A DNA stretch of 64,000 nucleotides from Tricharina praecox. Its lineage: Eukaryota. Each line of letters starts with the position of its first letter. Position 1 is the first letter of the stretch. The position numbers and the translations under genes were made by a program. Shown one piece after another: positions 24,460 through 36,800 of the stretch. The DNA is taken from assembly GCF_024521635.1 (NCBI RefSeq), contig NW_026250409.1:62001-126000 (forward strand). The letters run 5' to 3'. Under the pieces are notes generated by a model that worked only from the letters and a program-made list of their open reading frames with translations, did not search any database and was not told the origin of the DNA.

Positions 24460-27253
24460 CTACCGTCGGTTGGATTCGTAGCCCCTGCTGCGCTCACGTC
24501 TCGCCGTGTAGTCTCCTCTGGTGGCCATTCCCCAGTCTGGATGGGTTCTGTCCGAATAGATTCCGTCTCGACCAATTCTCTCGGGAGGAATTGCCTCTCG
24601 ACCAATCCTCTCGGGAGGAATTCCGTTTTGACGAGATCTGTCTGGGTGAAAACTATCGAAGGATCCTCTTTCACGACGGGGTTCAAAGGTCCCTAGGTAG
24701 CCGTCGCGGCTATCAGTTCGGCTCAAGCGTTGGTCTACCAAGCGCCTGCCATCCTCTAGCCTGTCACGTCCTTCACCGCCCAACCATCCCTCGTGGCGAC
24801 CCATAGTATGCCTTCCCTCGGGTCTTCTATCATCCCCGACACGCCGGTCCTCAGGACGGCGGTCATGTCTGTCCGCTGGACGCCTCTCATCTTCGAAAGG
24901 TCTCCCCGTACCTCTGTAATGTTCAGCCCAATTCGTCCTATGGCGCCTCGTATCTCCAGGACTGTAGGGAGGCCTCCTAGCTTCTACTCGCATAGCTCCC
25001 GCGCTATTAGGACGGTGCACAGGAACGGGGGCCTGATGGGATGCGCGGGGGCGCCTCCGAGAGGATGATGGAAGCTCCGGTCTGCTGAGCGGCTTATACA
25101 AGTTCGACAACGCATTTGGCGGCAGTTGCTGTGGTGGTAGCGGTGATCTAGCACTAGGCGATTCCAGCCGGGGGATTTCACCAGCACTCCGTAGAGGAAC
25201 AGTGAGTGGTTCCTTGATGATAGGTTTGGGGCTGTTGGGGATTGGGTCCTTGACGATGGCGTTGGAGCTGTGGATCTTTAGCTTATTTGCCAACCTTTCC
25301 GCGACATCCTCTGTGTGGTCTGCGAGTGGTTCCTTGATGATAGGTTCGGGGCTGTTGGGGATTGGGTCCTTGACGATGACGTTAGAGCTGTAGATCTTTA
25401 GTTTATTTGCCAACCTATCCACGACATCCTCTGTGTGGTCAGCGAGTGGTTCCTTGATGATAGGTTTGGGGCTGTTGGGAATTGGTTCCTTGATGATATG
25501 TTTGAGGTTGTTGGGGATTGGGTCCTTGACGACGGCGTTGGAGCTGTAGATCTTTAGCTTATTTGCCAACCTATCCGTGACATCCTCTCCGTAGTCCAAG
25601 AGCGGGTCGGTATGGGCGTATGAGACCGTGGGTGGGCGAGTGCGTTGCAAGGTGATGGGCTCTTCCTTCTTCCGATCTTCCCTTGGACGCTCTGGCACTG
25701 TGTACTCCTTCATCGGTCGACCCTCTCTTGTGCGGTCATCCCGTAAGAGATCCTTCTCTGGTCGATTTTCTCTCGTACGTTCCTCCCTTGTGCGCTCGTT
25801 CTTTGTCCACTCTCCTTTTGTGTGGCCCTCCACACGGTCACCCTCAGTATCCCTCTTGCCAGATGACCCTTCTGTATCGAGCGTTTCATGTTTGTGACTC
25901 GCCGATTCAAACCGAAATCGCTTGCCGCTCGTCTCACATCCCGGCGACGGGCTCCTGGCTTGTGGTGCCTTCGAGTTATGTTTCTTCGAGACATCATTCA
26001 ACTTCTCGAGCAAGGAGCTGAAAGAATCAGGAGCTTCTTTGGGCTCTAGCTTTTCCTTCGGAGATGAAGACGAGCTTTTCTTGTATACCGCGGCGGTTAG
26101 GTGGTATGAGGGCTTCTTGAAGTTTTTGCCTCGCTGCTTAATCGCGGGTCTGTTGAGTCGGTGGGCCACTGTAGACTTCGCAGATGCTAGTACAGGCACA
26201 GGAGAAGTTCGGGACGGAGCAGTTGCCTTTTTTACACTTTCCGGTGCTTCATTGATAGCCTTCTGGGCCTTGGGCTTTGGTTCCTTCGTCTCAACCTGCT
26301 GTTCGACGTCGGCATTGTGCGGTGCTTTTCTCTTCTGGGGAATAACTTGAGAAACGACCGGTTTGTCCGAAATAACCTTTTTCGGAGGAACGACCTTCTT
26401 TGGAGGAATAGCCTTCTTTGGAGGAAGGGTCTTCTTGGGAGGATGGGCCTTCTTGGGAGCTGTGACAACCGGCTCCACATAATCACTATCCTCTCGATTT
26501 TCATCCGCCTCAATGGTAACCTTCTTCGCCTTCTTGGGTAAAGCCGGTGGCCCCATGTTCGTGTTCCCATTTCTACTTTCACCTCCTCCTAACTTCTTCT
26601 TCTTCAGTATCCCTTGAAGGGGAGCCTTGTTCGCGGTCTTCTTATCACCGGTCTTCTTAGCAACTGCCCTCTTCTTCGTCGCCGGCTGCTCGTTCATCAA
26701 CTGCGCTTCGCCGACAATGTCTTCAGCACGAATCGATCTCCTGCCACTCCTCATATCCAGACTCGGCTGCACCTGACGCCCGCGCTGCTCCGATTCCTTG
26801 ACGGACCGTAGCAGTGCATTGCTCAGCCCCTTACGCTGCGTCGAAGGTGTGGTGACAAAACCGAGATCCGTTGCGTCGGTGCTGGCGGGGAAAACTCCGA
26901 TGTCCTTGAGCGGGTTGTATTGCACTACATTGGGAACGCATTCGGTGCGGCCGTTCTGTTAAAAGGTGTCAATAGAGCTCGAGACTGCAAAGGAGGAGGG
27001 ACGGCCTTACACTCGTGAGGGCTTTGTGGGCGAGGAATTCCTTGAGCGTACTTGGCTGGACTAAAGGTGAGACCGGAGTAGGAAGACGACTGTCGATATC
27101 CATGACGGCACGAGATTGAAGTGGGTCCAGGTCCGGAGATCCGGCCTTCATGATGGCTGCAGATGGTGGGGGTTGACGGGGGTTGGTTATGTCTGGGAGT
27201 CTTGCTTCAGTGGTGAGTAGTGAGGTGTCCAGACCCGAAGATTCGGCCTCCAT
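24460..27253 (-). CDS. Orphan low-complexity Lys/Pro/Arg-rich protein (~900 aa); intron 26956-27010
   Basis: An 821-aa ORF joins in frame to the upstream exon via GTAAGG...TTAACAG; no recognisable domain. Confidence 0.65.
25204..25592. repeat. Coding minisatellite, 120-bp (40-aa) unit x ~3 (KEPLADHTEDV..RLANKLKI.SSN..VKDPIPNSP)
   Basis: gagtggttccttgatgatagg recurs at 25204, 25324 and 25444. Confidence 0.9.
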
Positions 27254-27460
27254 GATGGCTGTAGATGGTGGGGGTGGAGATGCCTGGAAGTCTTGCTTCA
27301 GTGGTGAGATGGGAGGTAAGAAGGGAGGTGAAAAGGAAGGTGAGAAGGGGGGTGAGAAGGCTCGGAGATTTGGCCTCGATGATGGCGATAGTTGTGGTGG
27401 TTTGTAGGAGTTTATTGGGGGTTAGTGATGTCGGAGAGTCTCGTTTCGGTGGTGCGCAGG
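27130..27460. repeat. Three diverged ~100-130 bp tandem units spanning the start of the orphan gene
   Basis: gat(c/t)(c/t)ggcct..atgatggc near 27138, 27240 and 27367; gtcttgcttcagtggtgag at 27199 and 27290, with a variant near 27437. Confidence 0.75.
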
Positions 27461-28825
27461 AAGGAGGTAGGGCTTGAGATTGGGGTCGCAGTAACCAGAA
27501 AACAGGACTGGGGCAGGTCGAGCAAGAGGTTTCTAGAATAACAAATTATGAATTCATACATCGGTGACCCTAGCCGGGAAGATATACAATTGCCGCCAAT
27601 CATAATCCACAACCAAAGATATTCATAAATCAGAAATCCTGAGAGTCCGGAACGACGTCGAGTGATGGGCGAGGTGTTACACAGTCTTCTCTCCTCTCGG
27701 CTACAGTATTCAGCAGTGCTAGCAGTAGTAGCAGGGTATCACCACTCTGCCTACGAGATGAGAGAAGTTAATCGAATTTGGAGGAACTTCTGGCTCACCA
27801 GTGCGCTCCTGACCCAGATTTTACGCTCCCCCCGCATAGTGAGTGATATCATGTGAGTATTAGCTGAGAGATCTTGATCATCGATGAAGAATATCAACCC
27901 GATATCCACTAATAGGATGGGTAGGAGCAAGCCCTCTGATCTTACTTGATGTCTAGTCTATTGTGGGAAGCTGCTTCGTCCAAATGGCGTTCAATTGATT
28001 CCACTTGCACTCTCTCCCAGCTTTATTTTTGTGGCGTTCGACCAAAGCCGGTCGCACCGGGTATGCTACTTACAATCGGCTGACGATAGGCGACAGTAAC
28101 GGAAAACTTAGTACACCGGTGTTGTAGGTGACAGTTATTTACGGTGAATCCTGGGAGTTTTCCCGATGTCTGAACGTTCAATCGTCGATGAGCCCCTCCC
28201 CCTTGAACCCGTCAGCCCAGTTCTCAGGTGGACTAAATATGGTGCATCCTCTTGTAAGACTTTCCGGGTGATCTAAAAGTGACAGACGTGAGCGCTGTTG
28301 CTAGCTGTAGGGCAGATCCATAGCTTGCGTAGGGGAAGAGCAGACTCCGGGCCAATGTATTACGTATCCCCCCTACAATACAGTGAATCATCCTCCCGGT
28401 GCAGCCTCCGTCTTGCATCTCATCTCCCTCCTAGTCATCATCTCCTTGCTTCTCCTCCCCTCATCCCTGCTCTTGGTGGATCTATCATTCGCCGTTCCGC
28501 CTCCACATACACTGGCGAAAAGTGGGAGCTTTGAGTGTGGTCCTGCCTGATCAAAAAGCGGATGCCACCAAGGGGTGATAGTGGAGTTTCGTGGAAGTTT
28601 TATCGTCCTTGTGTTTGGGGAAGCAAAGCGATATGGCTGAAGAGTGATGAGAAAGGATTCTATTAGAATCATAAGCGTAGTCTCTCGACTCCCTGCATAA
28701 TCAGGCACGAGTGCATCACAATATCTCACACGGCCTCAATGCACCCCGCCAACGCCAAGCCGTTCCACAATGACCAAGGCGAATTCCGGTTCCGCGGTAT
28801 GTACCAGCACCTCAACCACCCCGCC

Positions 28826-29737
28826 ATGCCTCCACGATTACCACTCCCGCTTCCGCGGGTCCTTTCCACCGCGCTCCGGCAATACCTGCGACACACACCG
28901 CCACCCACGCCGCGATGCGTCCTCCCCGTCCTCTTCACGCGCACGTATGCGGGCGGCCGCGGCCGCGGCGGCAGTAAAACGAAAGCGGCGCCGGTTACGC
29001 CGAACCCGAAGCTGACGCGCGTTGCGGACGAGGCGATCGGCGCGCTGACGGTCAACTACGTTGACGCGGACGGTCAATTCCACGAGGACGTGAACCTGCG
29101 GAAGATACTCGCGTCGATCGACCGCGAGGTGTACACGCTAGTCTGCGTGAACCCGCAGGCCGACGCCGACCAGCCGCGGCTCTGCAAAGTCCTCACCAAG
29201 GCGTCGATCGAGGAGTACGATAAGAATAGCTTCAAGGCGGATAGAGAGAAGAGGAAGTTGAAGCGAGAGACGAGCCCCCAGAATGTGCTCAAGGAGGTCG
29301 AGTTCTCTTGGGCGATCAGTGAGCATGATCTCGGGCATCGCATGAGGAAGGTCCAGGAGTTCATGGAGAAAGGGTTTAGAGTGGCTATCTCGTTGGGCAC
29401 GAAGAGGGGGATGATGAAGCAGCCGCTGGGGACGATGGTGGAGCTGCTAAGTAAAATTAGGGAGACGTGTGAGCAGTGGGGGAAGGAGTGTAAGGCGCCT
29501 GAGGGGGCCATCGGAATGAGGTACACCATGTTGTTTGAGGGGAGGAAGCTGCAGAAGGAGGAAACCGTCGAAGGCGAAGATGGGGTTGTGGAGGAGGGGA
29601 GCGTCGAAGGCAACAGAGATCAGGTTGTGGATGAGGTTGTGGATGAGGTTTTCAAAGACGAGCAGGAGGCGGATTCTCGAGATGGGGAGGAATGGGCGAA
29701 CGATCAGTCGCCAGGAAAGTACAATCCAAGCGGTTAG
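28826..29737 (+). CDS. Mitochondrial translation initiation factor IF-3 (Aim23-like)
   Basis: DEAI....V.YVD..G, LVCV.P..D.P.LCKV, KEVEFSWAISEHDL.H...K..EF.EKG.RV; presequence-like N-terminus. Start choice (28826 vs 28739) is inferred. Confidence 0.85.
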   Translation: MPPRLPLPLPRVLSTALRQYLRHTPPPTPRCVLPVLFTRTYAGGRGRGGSKTKAAPVTPNPKLTRVADEAIGALTVNYVDADGQFHEDVNLRKILASIDREVYTLVCVNPQADADQPRLCKVLTKASIEEYDKNSFKADREKRKLKRETSPQNVLKEVEFSWAISEHDLGHRMRKVQEFMEKGFRVAISLGTKRGMMKQPLGTMVELLSKIRETCEQWGKECKAPEGAIGMRYTMLFEGRKLQKEETVEGEDGVVEEGSVEGNRDQVVDEVVDEVFKDEQEADSRDGEEWANDQSPGKYNPSG

Positions 29738-29861
29738 ACAACGATATCACGCATGTAAATACTCTCGAATGCTGTATACTACAATCACACGGTCTCACTT
29801 GGCTGCCTCAGCCACACTACTATAGAGTAGAGCACCAGCCTCCCAAACCCAGCCACGTTTT

Positions 29862-29905
29862 ACGCGAAGGTGTAGAGTACAACACGTCCTCCCTCGCGCG
29901 CGTCG
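29862..29905. promoter_or_regulatory. MCB-like CGCG elements upstream of RPA3
   Basis: ACGCGAA at 29862 and TCGCGCGCGTC at 29894, 75-120 bp upstream of a replication gene. Confidence 0.4.
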
Positions 29906-29978
29906 TCCTCCCATCGCCCTCCCACCGCCTACCCATCGCCACCACCACCACCACCACCATCCAACCCTCCCATCCACA

Positions 29979-30445
29979 ATGTCAGACCAAAACATACGAA
30001 TCAACGCCCCCCTACTCGACAAGTTCGTGAGCCACACGGTCCGAATAGTCGGCAAAGTCACCGATGTGCGGGGCGACACAGCAGTTATCGACGCCAAAGG
30101 GCCGATCACGCTCATTCTCGGCCGTGTACTCTCCCCCTACCCCTCCTCCTGCTCCGTGGATGTGTTGGTGGATGTATAGATACAGCTGCTGATGAGAGAA
30201 AAAACAGGACGATAACTTAACCGTCGGCAATGGCGTCGAGTTGATCGGACGGGTGCAGCAGGGGCTCGAGGTGAAGGTGCTCACCAGTTGGGATTTGGGT
30301 GATGGAGTCGGTACGTTCCCCCCTCTCTCCCTCCCCCCGATCTCCCGCCTTTGGTTGACTGGAGGGGAAAACAGATTACAACCTCCAAGACGCGGTGGTC
30401 GACGTTGCGCATCGGCACAAGACGCTGTTCTACGATGCCAATTAG
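29979..30445 (+). CDS. RPA3: Replication protein A 14-kDa subunit (Ssb3/Rfa3); introns 30126-30207 and 30311-30374
   Basis: RINAPLL..F...TVRIVGKV, VELIGRV...L.VKVL...D.G..VDYNL..AVV...H.H..LFY. Confidence 0.9.
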
Positions 30446-30924
30446 ACGGCGGCGACTACTATACCTACCATAATGACTTGCTGCTACACCCAACTGTCCT
30501 CTGCGGTGTGGGGTGTGGATGTGATGTGAAGAATAAAAACCTATCTACATATCGCTGCGCACAAAATCTAGACTTTGATTTGTTTCAATGTGCAATTGTC
30601 CTGTCAGCCAGTCTTGTCAGCCAGTGCTATCAGCGAAAAAACAATCCATCTGGCATCTGCCATTCCTCTCGTGAAAAAGGGGTTTGTAGCTGTATAAAGG
30701 AGAAGCAAGCAACGCCTCGAAAAGCGCCCCATATGTAGAGTACAAACACAACCATCAAACACAGTCTCAGCCCGTCATCTCATCAGCCCGTCAGCAGCAT
30801 GGCCACGACCGCAGCCACAGACGTCCACTATACACTGTCTATTGTGGCGTCGTGTCGCATCAGAGCGTTCCAGACTCCAGAGCAATCTAGATTCCAGAAC
30901 AAACCGCGGTATGTACCGTAGTCA

Positions 30925-31005
30925 GAGCAGACAGCAGACAGCAGCAGACAGCAGCAGACAGCAGCAGACAGCAGCAGACAGCAGCAGACAGCAGACAGCA
31001 GCAGC
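30925..31005. repeat. (CAGCAGACAG/CAGACAG)n simple repeat
   Basis: Directly visible. Confidence 0.9.
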
Positions 31006-31090
31006 GGCCACACTGCGCCACAATTCCACTGCGCCACGTTCCACCGGAGGAGCGCCACCTTTTTCTTGAGAGTCTCGGTGATATGCACAT

Positions 31091-31138
31091 GTAGAGAGAG
31101 AGAGAGAGAACATCAATTTATTTCGCATGCAGCCTATC
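31091..31138 (-). repeat. Copy 3 (inverted) of the short dispersed element
   Basis: Reverse complement reads gataggctgcatgcgaaataaattgatgttctctctctctctctctac. Confidence 0.8.
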
Positions 31139-32426
31139 GGCGAGCGTACATGCATAGAGTACATGTCTACCGGAGGAGTTCCGTGAGTCGGTGACAACCG
31201 ATGATCCGCATCCTCCCACTTCGCGCCAACGCCTCGCCAACGTCTCGCCTCGCCTCCAACCCAGCGATTCGGCCGAACAACGCCGACGCCGAAATCGACT
31301 CCTCCACATCTCCTCCTCCGGTCAGTGGCCTCCTCCTCTAGTTACCTGCAACACAAAAAAAAAGTCTGTACTGGTAGTCTGTAGTCTGTAGGTAGTCTGT
31401 AGTCTCTACCGGTAATCACCCCCACCACCCCATATGGGTACACACGCCTCCCCTCCCATCCCCCTCCCCACTTCCCCGCCTCATGTCTCCTCACCCCTCC
31501 CCCACAGTCGACCACCACCGCATCAACCGGCAAAAAGGCACCCCTCCACCGTAGTTACCTTTCCGCCCCCACATTCCCCTGTCGGCGTACTCCGCAACCC
31601 CACCTTCACAATCACCCTGCCAGCTACACATCAACCGCGGAGCATGAAAATGAACGAACGATAAAGGGGAGAGTAAAGCGGACAATAGAGCGGAGAGGAT
31701 AGGTTATATCAGCCTAATATATAGTAGCCTCCTCCTCCTCCTGATCCGGCCTATCCGATAGATGAATCCCATCCCATCCAATCCATCCATGATCCAGCTC
31801 TGTATGTAGTATGTACAAGACCCCTCCAGAATACCAGACCTCCAGAATGTCAGAATACCAGCGGTATGTAGAGTATGCGCCTTGCGCCAAAAAAAAAGTA
31901 TGTAGAACAAGAAAGAGACAAAAGAGACAAAGGAAAGCCAGCAGAAGTGCCAATGTGTGTGTGAGTGTGTGATGTGTGTGTTGTGTGTCGTCCCATCAAT
32001 TCCATGATCCCGTCCATCTATCCCGTCCATCCCGTGCGTCCATCCCGTCCATCCCGTGCGTCCATCCCGTCCATCCCGTCCATCATCCCATCATCCAGTT
32101 CTTGCGCCTGTAAATGAGTACCCAGTATGTAACGATAACTAATCCCCAGAGCAGAACACTCCTTCCTCCCCATCTCAAATGCTATACACAGAAGCAAAAA
32201 AAAAAAAAAAAAAAAAGGAGCAAAGAGCAAACAAAACCCCCACGCTTCCCAAATCAAAGAAAAAGACCCCTCCTGCCCCCAATGCCATGCTCGCTCGCTC
32301 GATTGCTCCCCATCCCACCTGATTCTAGTATGTGCACCAAACCCGAACGCCATGAAAAACACAAAACAAAAAAGAAAACAGCGCCGCATGTAGTGAGTGG
32401 GTTTGTCGTCCTCGTAAATCAATCAA

Positions 32427-33879
32427 TCAGACCGCTATCCCCACGCCGACGCGGATGCCCATTCCCATCTCACCAAAGACCTCCTCATACCTCGGCAGCT
32501 TCGAGAGGTCCTCGATAGTGATGCCATTGGCGCCCTTCATTGTCGGCGGGCGATCGTTGGCATCATCGACGGGAGCGTCAGCCTCCGCTTCTGCGGGGAC
32601 CATCTTTTTCGTTTCCCACATGATGCGGTAGCGCTTTCCCTTTACCACGACGAACTCGCTCTGCCTGGGTGAGTCGGCGCATAGCACGGCCATGCACCGC
32701 CGTGCGAACCGCATATTCGCCTCCCGAGTGATCCTGCTCTGCGGCGCCCATTTCCCCGCTTCGTCGAACGCGTGTTCCTCCGGCTCCGCCGCCGTCGAGC
32801 GCACCGCTGGCTGTGTCGTCCCAGCCGCCGCCGGCGTTACCCCCCTATTCGGAGTGAGCTGGAGGCTGTTGGCGATGTTGTCGAGTTGCTGTTGCGCGGC
32901 GTCGGCGCTCGCCGTAGCCCCCGTCGTCGTCGTGGTGAGAGGGGCGGCGGTGTCGGCCGTAACGACGACACGTCTTCTGCGTCGGCGGGGGAGCGTCTGG
33001 TATCGGGGCAACGAACGCTCTTCCAATGAAGGCGACACATCGATCGCGGCCGATAACGCTTCCAGCCAGTCAAGATACGACTCCAATGTGCGACACGAGA
33101 TCAAGAATTGTACCGCTTGCACGCGTAATCTGATCGCAAAGTGCCTCCTACATTCCAGCACGTCAGTATTATAATCTACACCGCCCGCCATACACGCGTA
33201 AACCCAGGGAGTGGTCACAAACTTTTTGTAGTCAGTGGCCGTGCCAACTTCGCCGAGTTGGAGAGTGTAGCTCTCCAACAGCGGACCCGCCCGCCAGCCA
33301 GCTGGTTTGGAGGGGTCGGCCTTCTTAAGACCCCGGGCGAACCATGGGATCTTTCTTGCCTTGTGGACCTCGAGCTTCGTGCCGTGGAGGACCAGGTAGC
33401 ACTTCTTCCAGCGGCGTTTGTGAGCTCTTTCAAAAGCTATAGGATGTCGCATTAGCATACTTCTTCCGCTTCCTCCTCCTGCTCCTCTCCACCGAATGCC
33501 ACTTACGACTCTGCAGCTCCATCTTGCGCTCAAACATTGCCTCGCGGTGAAGCGAGCACGTATACGGCGGCAATTCTTCCCTTCCCTCCTCCTCTCTGGG
33601 CAGGATCTTGAATCTCGAAGGCGGCAGGTCATCGTTCTCGCCGCCGTAAAGCGGAGACGGGGAAGGAATTGCGGGTGTGGAAGCGTTCGGGAAAGAGTTT
33701 CTGTAGGTCGGTGTATCGGACCGAGGATCGGCGGTTATGGATCGGCGCAGCGGATTCGAGAAGACGGAGTGTGTATGTGATTCCACCTCAACCTCCTCCT
33801 GCGGCCTCCTCGTCCGGCTAAGCCGACTCATCGGAATATGTGTCTCCAACGAACTGCTCCCACGAAACATTGGCGGCAT
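32427..33879 (-). CDS. PH-domain protein, YHR131C/YNL144C-like; introns 33437-33506 and 33148-33222
   Basis: EEEGREELPPY.CSL......RKMEL.SPF..A..R.W...Y.VLHGT.L, YTLQ..EVG.A.DY.KR...IRLR...QFL........WLE.L.AAID.S..LE.R. Confidence 0.82.
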
Positions 33880-36800
33880 CGAAGCTCCTCAACGGCGGTT
33901 TGGTGGTCAATTTAAGCTTAAAGCTAGTCGCTGGTAGTCTCTCTCTCTCTGTCTCTGAGTCTGTCTCTTGATTTCCTCCTCGTCCAATTCGCTCGAGAGG
34001 TATCGTATGTAGTGGTCGACAGCGTGGTGGATGTAGTTGCGAGTGAGGTGAACGATGAACAATGGCTCGAGCTGTGACGTCTTTGCTTCTCGATTCTGTG
34101 TTTGAGTTCCGACAGCCAGGTATGTATTTAAAGCAAGCAAGCAGAGCAAGAGAGACTCGGGAATCGGTGCGGCTCCCCCCAGTCCTTTAAGTAAACAAAA
34201 CCTCCCGATGCTGTCGATCCCTGACCCTCGGCCAGCAGCCGGGGGGTTGGTTGGCTGGTTGTCTGGTTGGCTGTTGGGTTACGTGATTTGCAAGGCAGGC
34301 AGAGTAGAGTAGTTACTGCAGTTGTCGGGGGTGTGTGGGTTGTGAGGTTGCAGGAATAATGCCAACGATGACACCGCCCTGATCGAGCTTGGGAGCCCCG
34401 AGGGGGGAGGGGGTGGGGGGGGGGGGGGGGGGGGGGGGTGACGGGGGGTGAGGTGTGATGTGATGTGGAGAGCTAGGAGGTATATTCCCACTATGTAGTA
34501 GAGTGGGTAGATCTAAAACCACGCCAGAGCGATGCAGGCTGCGCTGCCGTACCACCGAACCGGGAGAAGATCCGGCTTATACGTAAATTGGAGGGTTGGC
34601 GTTTCCGAGGCGAGGTGAGGCAGATGAGAGGAGGTTTGGGGATTGGAGGATTGGGATGGGGGGAGGAATCGAATTGACGGGAAGGGCACTTGGAGTTGGT
34701 TGCAAGGGCCGGGTTTGTTTGTTTCTTTCTTTCCCGTGGGCCAACAGCCGTGTAGAGGGTATATGGTATGTAGTAGAGTAGCGTTGTGGTATGGTATGTA
34801 CGGTACGTCCCCCGAAGATGGATACAGCCAACAAACAGAGCTGATTTTTCTTTCTTTTATTTCTTCTTTCTCCTTCCCGCTCTCCTTCCCACGTGTGGAC
34901 CTGCCCTTATGTTTGTGCGCTTCGCGAGTGGGGGTTCAAGCGTAAGTCAGTATGTAAGGCCTTCTCTTGGGCTTCTCTCTCGAATTCGTGGCTGGATTTC
35001 AATCTGACGTGGTGGTGGGCAGTGGGTGAATTGGCGAAGCTGCTGCGGGAGAAGTGCTGATATGTGCCGGGGGGAGGGGGGAGTGCCACGGCTTGGGATG
35101 GGGGCGTTTTCCTTCGAAGGTTCCTTTGTGCTTCGATCTGTGGGTTTTCAGATGGCCGATGCCGGAGTCGACAGGGCAAGGTGCTTGGGTAGAGTGGGTG
35201 AGTAAGTGAGAAAAAGTACTCTGCGTATGGATGGACGGACGTCGCCAACGACTACTACTGGCCCTATGCGCGATATCCGAAACGCTGCGAAGGGATAAAG
35301 GAACCGACGGGTGTGCTGTGTTGTGTCGCCATGTAAGTAACGACTCTAGAGTCTAGGAGAGGTACGGTATGTAGAGTACACTTGCGCTCTCTTGCTCCGC
35401 TGCTGCTGAGATGGAGAGAAAGGATTCGCTGCCGACAACGTGGGGCAGAGGAGGGTGCGTGTGTTTGCTTACTACTTCCTACTTGCTCCACGTTGTTGCT
35501 CGTCGCAGGAATCGCCAGTCGTCGTCGTCGCCGTCGTCACCGCCCAGACGGTTATGCTATGTCTTGGGGCGGGGCGGGACCCGTCGCAGTCGACACCGCC
35601 TGCCAAGACAGTTATATCCATCTACCTGACTCGTCGTCGTCGACGCTGCGGTGAGCTTGTTTGTCTGGGACTCGGGATACCTGGCTATCGATATCGATGC
35701 GTTGTTCCTGAGAGCCCGAAAGCCTGAAAAGGCGGTCGGGCCAACTAGCAGTCTCAGATGGCCCACAAGGAGTCGGGGCCTACTTGCACACCGTACGGCG
35801 TCCCTACTATAGATTGCCACAAGGAGGAGGAGCCTGGAGCGCTGCGAATATGCCATCAGAAAAACATGGAGGAATATCTACCCCATCTACCGGTAGTCTG
35901 ATAAAGCCCCAGTCCGCAGCCGTCCTGGACCAGATTGAAGCCCCGACGCAAGCGCGCAGCAAAGGGCACAACTACCATTCCCGAGTACCTACCCACCTCC
36001 ATACCCATCCATATCCCCCTTCTCCTACCCTTCTCCCCCTTCTCCCCCTTCTCCCCCTTCTCCCCCTCTCCCTTTCCCCTCCAACACGACGACCATCGAC
36101 CATCAGCCACCATCGCCAGCCTGCCTGCAATTGGCCAAGCTCGATCCTCGGCGTGGGGAGGATCTATGTCGACTGTCCAGCTGAACCCTAGCACGTGTTC
36201 CGTTGCGTTGCGATGCGTTGCGATGCGTTGCGTTGCACCCCACCGCGGTGGCTTGCTCACATGGAGACCAAAGTTCAAAGTTCAAACAATTCGCCAGTCA
36301 GTCGCCAGCCTGGGCCTGGACAGTCTGCCTGCATTCTGCCTGCCTGCCTGCATGAGCGGATGGTGGTTGGCGGTAGTAACTGGTTGGTCGGCCGTGAGCC
36401 CTACATAAGAGGAGCGACAGAGGGTGTGCGCGAACAAAGATTTGTATGATAGATGCTCTAGCACCGGGACTGGTGCATGCCATGCCATTAGAATCGGCGG
36501 TTCGGACGATCCGAGAGTAGCGCGGGTGCGCGGGGGCGCGGGGGGAGGAGAGGGAGGAGGAGGAGGAGATGCGGGGCTGAGGGCTACCTAGAGCATACCG
36601 TACTCTGCTCTAGTCGCCCCGGAACGAGCTTGGTTGGTTGGTTGGTTGGTCGTCGGACATCTCTCGACATCTCTGCTCGCTGCTTGTTGCTTGTTGCTCG
36701 CCTCCGACCAATGCTCGCGGAAACACAGCCTAGTAACTACTACTACTGCTAGTAGATACTAGCAGTCGGGCACAGCTCAGTGAGCTCACCAGCTAGCAAC

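Noticed and set aside
27879..27891. CATCGATGAAGAA matching a 5.8S rRNA motif
   Set aside because: Only 13 nt; flanks do not match 5.8S
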